Shown in pieces: positions 29,054 to 36,129 of a stretch of DNA of 64,000 bases (position 1 is the first letter of the stretch; each line of letters opens with the position of its first letter). The notes beneath the pieces were generated by a model, which was not told where the DNA came from, did no database searches, and saw nothing but the letters and a program-made list of their open reading frames with translations. The position numbers were made by a program, and so were the translations under genes. This stretch comes from Acidobacteriota bacterium (GTDB lineage Bacteria > Acidobacteriota > UBA6911 > RPQK01 > JAJDTT01): positions 5,568,001-5,632,000 of the forward strand of contig OZ242374.1 in assembly GCA_965209055.1 (NCBI GenBank), written 5' to 3'.

Positions 29054-29078
29054 GACCAGTAAATCCATTCGACTGGTC
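29054..29078. promoter_or_regulatory. Inverted repeat GACCAGT-N11-ACTGGTC, putative antitoxin operator
   Basis: Perfect 7-bp arms directly upstream of the antitoxin RBS. Confidence 0.55.
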
Positions 29079-29189
29079 GGCATCAATATCGTCAGCGAGG
29101 AGTCCCCACAGTTCCTGGCAATTGACCGATTCTACCGCTTTCGCAGCAGATCAATTCCTGCGGCGCAGGTTCCTGACGGCCTCCGACCT

Positions 29190-29525
29190 CTAACCGTCGG
29201 CCTGGAGCCGGTCGATCTTGGCGGCCAGGACGAAGTCGCTTTCGGTCAGGCCGTTGATCTTGTGGGTCCAGAGGGTGATCTCCGCCTTTCCCCAGGCCAG
29301 ATAGAGGTCGGGGTGGTGGTCTTCCGCTTCGGCGACTTCCCCGACCTGGTTGACGAAGGCCAGCGCCTCGGCGAAATCGGGGAACCGAACCAGCTTGCGC
29401 AGGTGATGGTCCTCGACCACTTCCCATCCTTGCAACTGGTCCAGAAGGGGGGCGATTTCGTCAGCGGTCAGCGGCGGGACTCCGCCCCGGCAGGGGATGC
29501 ATCTTTTTTCGGCGAGTTGGGTCAC
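29190..29525 (-). CDS. phhB: Pterin-4-alpha-carbinolamine dehydratase
   Basis: CIPCRGG, AEAEDHHPD, WTHKINGLTESDFVLAAKID; GAAGGAGG RBS before GTG 29525. Confidence 0.93.
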   Translation of the reverse strand: MTQLAEKRCIPCRGGVPPLTADEIAPLLDQLQGWEVVEDHHLRKLVRFPDFAEALAFVNQVGEVAEAEDHHPDLYLAWGKAEITLWTHKINGLTESDFVLAAKIDRLQADG

Positions 29526-29683
29526 GATGAGGCCTCCTTCTGGGTGCGGCAACCTGTGCCGCGGACTGTCAACCGGCGGCGGACATCCATACCGGTTGCC
29601 AAACGCAAAAATGGTGGCTGCCGCCGAACCGCGAGCCTCCATTCGTGTCGATAACGGTCGGGACCGAACCGGCTGGCGCCGGG

Positions 29684-31693
29684 TCAGCCGACATTCAAGG
29701 TCACCAGGTCGTTCTTCTTCTTTTTCTTGAGCACCATCTCCTCGTAGTACTCACGCACCGCGGCCTGCTCCCGAAGGGCCTTGCGCCTCGCCATTTTCTC
29801 GTCGCGGGCGGTCTGGGGTTTGTCGCCCCGGTCGCGGACGCGCGCTGCGTCGTCGGCCCGGATCTGCAAGGAGTGATCGTAGCTCTGCAGCGGCGCATCC
29901 TTGCCGCCGGCGAAGATCTGGTGACGGCCGTGCTCCTTGTACCACTGGGCGACGGTCGCGTTCTTGTGCATGTTCTCGATGATCTGACGCCACCCATGAC
30001 CCGTGTTGTAGGCACAGAATGAGATCTCTCCTTCCTGCGTGGCGTAGGGGATGATGCACATCTCGGTCCGGCGGAAATCGTAGTTGAACAGGTCCTGGAA
30101 CCACATGCCGGCCACGAAGAGGAAGTTCCAGGGATCGTCCCGCCGGTCCTTGCCCTGGCCGTAGTCCTTGCCGCTCAGTCCGAAGCTCTTGTCGAACTTC
30201 TTGAGGATGTCGAGCAGAGTGAGGCGGGACGGCGCCCTGAAGGGACTGTAGTTCTTGAGCAGGGCCAGGCCGATCATGAAATTCGAGAACTTGGTGCCCC
30301 GAGCCGCGTCGGTCACTTTCCGCATGTCATTGACCAGGCCGGGGATGTTCAGGAACTGCGGAACCGGCGCCGCCTCCTTGGTCTCCTTGTCGATCATCAT
30401 GGCGGTTCCCACGCCGCAGTTGGGATGGCAACCGCAGCTGACCTGCCCCCAATCGGCGTTGGGGCCGTGGGCCACGTCGGCAAAGTCGGCGAACGCGCCC
30501 ATCAGGGAGAGGGGGAACCAGTCCCGCGTGGGTTCGGTGTATCCCGTCTGGGACTTCACGTCCCGGGCCAGGTGAGAAAGCGTGTACCGCTGGCGCAGCC
30601 TCCGCTCGTCGGTGATGGCCTCGTCCCGGCCGGTGAAGGAGACGGGCTGGAAGGCGATGAAGGCCACCTTCTTGGGGTTGTCCATGGCGAAGCGGATAAT
30701 GGGGCCAACCTGGTCGTTGTTCACGTCGTTGAGCAGCGTCGTGACCAGGATGATCTCGATCCCCGCCTTGTGGATGTTGTCGATGGCCTTGATCTTCACA
30801 TCAAACAAGTTGCCGATGTGGCGGTGGCTGTTGGCGTCGTTGCCGATGCCGTCGAACTGCAGGTAGGTGTAGCGCAGTCCCGCCTCGTACGCCTTCTTGG
30901 AGAACTCCAGGCTCTTGGCGAACTCGATCCCGTTGGTGGCCGCCTGGACGCTGTTGTAGCCGATCTTGCGGGAGTACTTGATAGCCCGAAAGAAATGGGG
31001 CGACATGGTCGGCTCGCCCCCCGAGAACTGCACGGACATCTGCCTGCGGGGCTTGATCTGCAGCGAGTTGTCCAGAATCTCCTTGATCTCCTCCCACTCC
31101 AGCTCGTGGACATAGCCGACCTGGTTGGCGTCCATGAAGCAGGGATCGCACATCATGTTGCAGCGGTTGGTGAGGTCGACCGTCAGGACGCTGCCCCGCC
31201 CGTGCTTGATGGTGCTGGACCCGTGGTTGTGGAGCGTGGCGTCATTGTGGGACCGGATATCCCGACCCGGGAAGTTGGACTCGATCCAACTGAGAAATTT
31301 GGAGTCGATGGCCATGAGGTCCTCACACTTCCCGTGAATCGGACACTCCTTCACCATCCAGACCTGTCCGTCCCGCTCGATGATGGTGGCCTTGATCTCG
31401 CCCACCTTCTCGTCGATCAGGACGCGGTAGTCTTCCTGCCCCTCGAGAATCTTCTCCCGGGCTTCGACCACGCACTTGGGGCAAAGAGAATCGGTCTTCC
31501 GCGGCCAACCCAGCGTGGGCTTCGTCTTCTCCCACGACTTGAGCAGAGGTTTGTCCGACCACTTGGGCGTGAACGACGGGTTGGGCCGGTAGTTGTTGAA
31601 GAATTGGATCGTGTCGAATGCGACGCCGGCCCCGAAGGACAGGGCCGAGTCGAAATACTTCCACGCTTTGTGCATACCGTTAGATCTTGGCAT
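29684..31693 (-). CDS. Radical SAM protein, tetraether synthase (Tes/GDGT-MAS, MJ0619)-like
   Basis: CNMMCDPC radical SAM motif, SGGEPT; N-terminal SLCPKC...KECPIHG; YLQFDG, FQPVSFTGR, CHPNCG, FQDLFNYD, FCAYN; AGGAGG RBS. Confidence 0.8.
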   Translation of the reverse strand: MPRSNGMHKAWKYFDSALSFGAGVAFDTIQFFNNYRPNPSFTPKWSDKPLLKSWEKTKPTLGWPRKTDSLCPKCVVEAREKILEGQEDYRVLIDEKVGEIKATIIERDGQVWMVKECPIHGKCEDLMAIDSKFLSWIESNFPGRDIRSHNDATLHNHGSSTIKHGRGSVLTVDLTNRCNMMCDPCFMDANQVGYVHELEWEEIKEILDNSLQIKPRRQMSVQFSGGEPTMSPHFFRAIKYSRKIGYNSVQAATNGIEFAKSLEFSKKAYEAGLRYTYLQFDGIGNDANSHRHIGNLFDVKIKAIDNIHKAGIEIILVTTLLNDVNNDQVGPIIRFAMDNPKKVAFIAFQPVSFTGRDEAITDERRLRQRYTLSHLARDVKSQTGYTEPTRDWFPLSLMGAFADFADVAHGPNADWGQVSCGCHPNCGVGTAMMIDKETKEAAPVPQFLNIPGLVNDMRKVTDAARGTKFSNFMIGLALLKNYSPFRAPSRLTLLDILKKFDKSFGLSGKDYGQGKDRRDDPWNFLFVAGMWFQDLFNYDFRRTEMCIIPYATQEGEISFCAYNTGHGWRQIIENMHKNATVAQWYKEHGRHQIFAGGKDAPLQSYDHSLQIRADDAARVRDRGDKPQTARDEKMARRKALREQAAVREYYEEMVLKKKKKNDLVTLNVG

Positions 31694-31977
31694 CGAGAAT
31701 TTTCCTCCTAGTTCCGGGGGGCTGGACAGGAATCACCAGTCGAGCCTCCCGCCAAGCGTCATGAAGACGCGCTGCTGAACCCTTGCCGTTGACTATCCTG
31801 CGCCCAAGGCGGCATCGGGGTCAACCTGGCATTCGCGCCAAGCATGGCAAGATTCCTTTTTTTTCCCGAAAGTGATCCGTCTCCGCACGCGCCCCGGGCA
31901 TTTGGAAGAAACCTTATTCTGAGTTAGAATCTGCGTTGCGGTTCCAACGACGCCGATTCAGCACAGGTCATAATTCG

Positions 31978-32577
31978 ATGATTACATTTACCGACCAAGC
32001 CAAAGAACAGGTCTTGAACGTGATCCGGCAACAGCAGGGCAGGAAGCCGGGCCTTCGTATCCAGGCCACGGCCAACGGCACGGCCGAATTCCAATACAGC
32101 ATGCAGTTGATCACGGCCGACGAGCAGAGCCCTGAGGACATGGTCATCGACTCCGGAGAGTTCCCGGTGATTCTGGATCCCGGCAGCGCCGAGAATTTGA
32201 AGGGGGCTACGGTGGATTTCGAGGACAAGATCCTGAGGAGCGGCTTCAAGTTCCACAATCCCAACAAGCCGACGGTGCCCACGTTGGGCGAAGGACCGAG
32301 AGAGGACCTGACAGGACCGGCAATGGAGCGGGTCCAGAGACTGCTGGATACAGAAATCAATCCGGCCATTGCCGCTCACGGGGGACAGGTTCATCTCCTT
32401 GGAATTCGCAAAAGCAAGGTCTACCTCTCTTTCGGCGGGGGCTGCCACGGTTGCGGCATGGCGGACGTGACGCTGAAGGAAGGAATCGAGACCCGCATCA
32501 AGGAGGTGGTCCCCGAGATCCTGGAGGTCGTGGACACGACCGACCACACTACCGGGGAGAATCCCTACTATTCGTGA
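31978..32577 (+). CDS. nfuA: Fe-S cluster carrier NfuA (degenerate A-type domain + NifU C-terminal domain)
   Basis: MITFTDQAKE...GATVDF..SGFKFHNPN; INPAIAAHGG, GGGCHGC, VDTTDH..GENPYY. Confidence 0.88.
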   Translation: MITFTDQAKEQVLNVIRQQQGRKPGLRIQATANGTAEFQYSMQLITADEQSPEDMVIDSGEFPVILDPGSAENLKGATVDFEDKILRSGFKFHNPNKPTVPTLGEGPREDLTGPAMERVQRLLDTEINPAIAAHGGQVHLLGIRKSKVYLSFGGGCHGCGMADVTLKEGIETRIKEVVPEILEVVDTTDHTTGENPYYS

Positions 32578-32664
32578 AAGACGTGAAATGGTGCGGGCAA
32601 AGACCCGCATTGCACGGAGGCCGCCGTCTCGAAGCCAAGACGACGCACGGCGGCAAATGGGCAC

Positions 32665-32686
32665 TCGGCACGGGCGCCCGTGCCGA
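32665..32686. repeat. Perfect 22-bp palindrome TCGGCACGGGCGCCCGTGCCGA within a hairpin-rich intergenic region
   Basis: Read directly from the sequence. Confidence 0.7.
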
Positions 32687-32813
32687 ACTCTCCGCTCGGT
32701 AACAAGGCGGCCATCCCCTTTGTCCGGGCCGATTGCCGCAAGTCGGTGATATCTGGTATAAATCCTGGTCTTTCGTAAATCCTGGTCTATTCTCACTTGA
32801 GGTTGGTTGAGCA

Positions 32814-33968
32814 ATGAAGAGGAACCTGCTTCCCGTTTTTGGACTGCCCGCCGCGCTGCTGTTGCTGGCCGGTTGCGGAACTCCGAGCAGCCTGCTTTCC
32901 ATCAAGAAGGACAAAGTCGTCCTGGTCGCCACGGTTCCCTTCGAGGCGCCGCTCCTCTACCAGACGGGAGGCGAGGGCCTGGTGGGTCCCGAAGCCGAGG
33001 TGGCTGCCAAGATCGTCGAAAAGGTGAATGCCTCCATGGCCGCGGAAGGGGAAACGCCCAACGTGGTCCTGCGCTGGATCATCAGGAGCTACGGATCCCT
33101 GCTTGCCGCCTTGGAGAACGAGGAGGCGCACGCGGTCATCGCGGTGTTCGGCGTCAACGAAGACCGCAAGCGCCGAGTCGATTTCTCCACTCCCGTCTAC
33201 ACCTCCAGTCTGGGTCTGGTCATCAATCCGGTCCGCAAGGACTTGAGGCCGGGCATTCTCTCCACCGCCAAGATCGGCGTGCGGGAGGACACCGAAGTTC
33301 AGAGGTGGGTCAAGAGGCAATTTTCCCAGTCGACCATCACTCCGTTCAAGACCTTGGACGACGCCGTTCTGGCGCTGCGCCGGGGAGAAGTGGATGGTCT
33401 GATCGCCGACCGGTACATGGCCGCATACGCCTTGGCCACGCTGCCGGGATCAAGCCACCTGGAGATTCTGCCGGAAGAGGTCGGACGCGTGGAGTGCGCC
33501 GTAGCGGTCCGGAAAGGCGATCCGGAGATGCTCAAGATCGTGGAAGAGGCCGTCGCCGAAGTCAAACGGGACAAGCTTTACGATAAGTGGCTGGCCGAAC
33601 ACGACGAGGACCGATTGGCGCAGGTCGTGGCACGGCACGGCGAACGGATGAAGAAGGAGTTGGGGCCTCGCAAGATTCGGATCCAGGTTTCCAAGGCCGC
33701 CGGGTATGACTTCGACATCTATAAAATCGCCAACCTGACATTCCAACTGGTCGACCAGCAGTCAGGCAAATCTCACCGCTCGTCCAGGATCCGGTTCCGG
33801 CGGCGCGTGGGCAGTTGCCAGGCCGAGGCGCCTCCGGGTTCCTATGCGTTGAGGCTCGCCAAGTTCAAGTTCCCTCCGTTGGAATTGCAGATCGACAAGG
33901 ACGACGGGGACGAGGTGAACGTGAGCATTCGCATCAGCGGTTCCGGGATCACCCTGCAGAAGAGCTGA
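32814..33968 (+). CDS. Family 3 extracellular solute-binding lipoprotein with extra C-terminal domain
   Basis: Lipobox LLAGC; PFE, RKRRVDFSTP, LRRGEVDGLIAD, AVRKGD, YDKWL; GAGG RBS. Confidence 0.8.
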   Translation: MKRNLLPVFGLPAALLLLAGCGTPSSLLSIKKDKVVLVATVPFEAPLLYQTGGEGLVGPEAEVAAKIVEKVNASMAAEGETPNVVLRWIIRSYGSLLAALENEEAHAVIAVFGVNEDRKRRVDFSTPVYTSSLGLVINPVRKDLRPGILSTAKIGVREDTEVQRWVKRQFSQSTITPFKTLDDAVLALRRGEVDGLIADRYMAAYALATLPGSSHLEILPEEVGRVECAVAVRKGDPEMLKIVEEAVAEVKRDKLYDKWLAEHDEDRLAQVVARHGERMKKELGPRKIRIQVSKAAGYDFDIYKIANLTFQLVDQQSGKSHRSSRIRFRRRVGSCQAEAPPGSYALRLAKFKFPPLELQIDKDDGDEVNVSIRISGSGITLQKS

Positions 33969-34061
33969 AGAAGTTCGTTCGCGGGTTCGCCGCCGTTGTC
34001 TGGAGTTCCCTCCTGCACTTCACTCCCCTCCGGAAAAGCGAACGAGCGGCCCCCTCTCTTC

Positions 34062-34090
34062 TTGAAAATAAAATTCAACATCATTAAACT
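34062..34090 (+). promoter_or_regulatory. Sigma70-type promoter TTGAAA-N17-TAAACT overlapped by an AT-rich inverted repeat (Fur-like)
   Basis: TTGAAAATAAAATTCAA at 34062-34078; TAAACT at 34085-34090. Confidence 0.6.
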
Positions 34091-34102
34091 GCCGCCCCCG
34101 AT

Positions 34103-34693
34103 TTGGCGAAATGGGACACGGTGTGGAAAACGGGAACGGAAACCAAGCGGGTCCGGTACGGAATCCGGATGGTATGCCTCTGTTCGACTCTGGTCTTCAC
34201 CGCCTCCTCGATGGGGGTGCTGAGCCGGGAGGAGGCGCTGGCGGCGGCCTATCCTTCTGCCCGGATCCGGTCAGAACGGGTTTTCCTCACCGAGCAACAG
34301 CGCCTTCGGGCAGCGGAACTGGCCCGGGTCGGCATCCCCAGTCCATTGATCGCTCGCTATGTGGCATTCCAGGAAGACCGGGTCGTCGGCCGGGCGTACG
34401 TGGACACTCACGTGGTCCGAACCAAGAAGGAAAGCTTGTTGATCTGCCTTGACGAGTCGGGGAAATTGCAGCGAATCGAGGTGACGGCGTTTCTCGAGCC
34501 GCCCGAATACCTGGCATCGCCGGCTTGGTACGCCCAGTACGCGAGCCGGGAACTCAGCGACGAACTCTCCCTGAACCGGGCCATACGCCCCATCGTCGGA
34601 GCGACCCTGACCGCCTTGGCCGCCAACCAGGCCGTCCGCCGGATCTTGGCCATCGACCAGGTTCTGCAGAAGGAACCGCAGTCCGGAAAATAG
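34103..34693 (+). CDS. Extracytosolic FMN-binding protein
   Basis: LSREEAL, DTHVVRT, FLEPPEY, IVGATLT flavinylation-like motif; upstream of apbE; start uncertain (34103, 34121 or 34169). Confidence 0.75.
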   Translation: MAKWDTVWKTGTETKRVRYGIRMVCLCSTLVFTASSMGVLSREEALAAAYPSARIRSERVFLTEQQRLRAAELARVGIPSPLIARYVAFQEDRVVGRAYVDTHVVRTKKESLLICLDESGKLQRIEVTAFLEPPEYLASPAWYAQYASRELSDELSLNRAIRPIVGATLTALAANQAVRRILAIDQVLQKEPQSGK

Positions 34694-34698
34694 ATGAT

Positions 34699-35009
34699 AT
34701 GAGCCGCTGGGAAGCCTGGTCCTGATCCTGGGCATGATGTATGGGGGCCACATCACGGAAAAGTTGCGCCATCGCACCAAGAGCAACCGGCGCACGGGAA
34801 TCCTGATCCTGGTCAGCTTTCCCCTGATGGTAATCTCGGGATACCTGCTGCAGGTTTTCACCAGCCCCACCCTTTCCATTCCGGCCGTCGTCGTCCACTC
34901 GGCCAGCGGAGCGGTCTTTGCTCTGATCTGCCTCCGGCACCAGTGGGTGACCTCCCGGCTCTGGCTTCGCCGCAGGCGGAGGCGCGAGATCAGGTCTCTT
35001 GCAGCCTGA
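34699..35009 (+). pseudogene. Probably internally deleted membrane protein of the flavinylation locus
   Basis: MSRWEAW then stop at 34725; a different frame continues LVLILGMMYGGH...SGYLLQV...VHSASG; the frames meet at CTGG. Confidence 0.55.
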
Positions 35010-36129
35010 TTCGGGGCCAAAATCCCGGGTGCCGGCGGCTGTCCTTCAACGGCTCCTGGCCACGGCCTTCCTCTGCGGCGCTTCCTCCCTCCCGGCTCTG
35101 GCCGTTCCCGACCTGATTCCCGTGCGGCGGCAAGTGGTCGTGATGGGGACGCTCTGTACCCTGAACGTCTATGCCTCGGACCGCGCTTCCGGAATCGATC
35201 GGTGCGAGGGCTACCTCCGTCTGCTGGAGGAGACGAACCGGCAACTCAGCACCTGGGAGACGGAGAGCGAACTCAGCCGCCTGAACCGTCATCCCATCGG
35301 CGTTCCCTACCCGGTAACTCCGTCGCTCTGCCGCCTCTACGGCGAGCTGATCCAATGGAATCAATGGACCGATTCCGCCTTCGATCCCGCCATCGGCGCC
35401 CTGGCCAATGCCTACCGGAGCCTGTCGACGGACCGGAGCGGTTTTCAAGAGAGGCTGGAGCGGGCCCGGCGATCCTCCGGGATGAGACACCTTGAGTTCC
35501 GCCGAGACGACTGCAGCGTCGTGCGCCGCGCCGAGGTCCTGCTCGATCCGGGAGCGTTCGGCAAGGGCGAGGCTCTGGACCGGGTCCGGCGCCTGGCCGC
35601 GAGCCGGGGAGACCCACCCTGGTTGATCGACCTGGGAGGCCAGATCATGACCTGGGGCACCCCTCCCGGCCAGACGGGCTGGCAGGTGGAAATGGCCGAT
35701 CCGCACCGTCGCAAGGAGGGGGCGCTTTCGGTGCGAGTCATCGGGGGAAGTCTGGCCACGAGCGGCGGGTCGGAACGGGACACCCGTGCGGGAGACCGGC
35801 GAGTGGCGCATATTCTGGATCCCAGGACCGGGATCGGCGCACCCTTTCAGGGCTCGGTGGCGGTTTGGCACCGCCGCGCCCTGGTTGCGGACATTCTGTC
35901 CACCGCCCTCTACGTCATGGGTCCGGAGTCGGGGCTGGCCTGGGCGGAAACGCGGGATCTGGCGGCCTGCTTTCTGGACCGGCCGCAGGTCGACGGAGAG
36001 AGGACGAAACTCCGGGTCCGGGCCACGCGGGCCTTTCGGCAGAGATTCTCCGGGATGAGGATCATGGAATCGCGAGCGTCAGCCGGCCGCTCCCCAGGTT
36101 CCCGACCGAGTCCACGACACGAACCGTGA
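34999..36129 (+). CDS. apbE: FAD:protein FMN transferase
   Basis: MGT, SELSRLN, FDPAIG, DPGAFGKG, LATSG, HILDPRTG, ADILSTAL; start may be GTG 35029. Confidence 0.92.
   Translation: MQPDSGPKSRVPAAVLQRLLATAFLCGASSLPALAVPDLIPVRRQVVVMGTLCTLNVYASDRASGIDRCEGYLRLLEETNRQLSTWETESELSRLNRHPIGVPYPVTPSLCRLYGELIQWNQWTDSAFDPAIGALANAYRSLSTDRSGFQERLERARRSSGMRHLEFRRDDCSVVRRAEVLLDPGAFGKGEALDRVRRLAASRGDPPWLIDLGGQIMTWGTPPGQTGWQVEMADPHRRKEGALSVRVIGGSLATSGGSERDTRAGDRRVAHILDPRTGIGAPFQGSVAVWHRRALVADILSTALYVMGPESGLAWAETRDLAACFLDRPQVDGERTKLRVRATRAFRQRFSGMRIMESRASAGRSPGSRPSPRHEP

Noticed and set aside
32592-32660. c-di-GMP-I riboswitch suggested by GGGCAAA/GGCAAA
   Set aside because: Tetraloop/receptor and downstream stem architecture not present.
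34699-34737. Selenocysteine readthrough of TGA at 34723-34725
   Set aside because: A second in-frame TGA follows four codons later and the hydrophobic coding sequence is in another frame; deletion or frameshift fits better.
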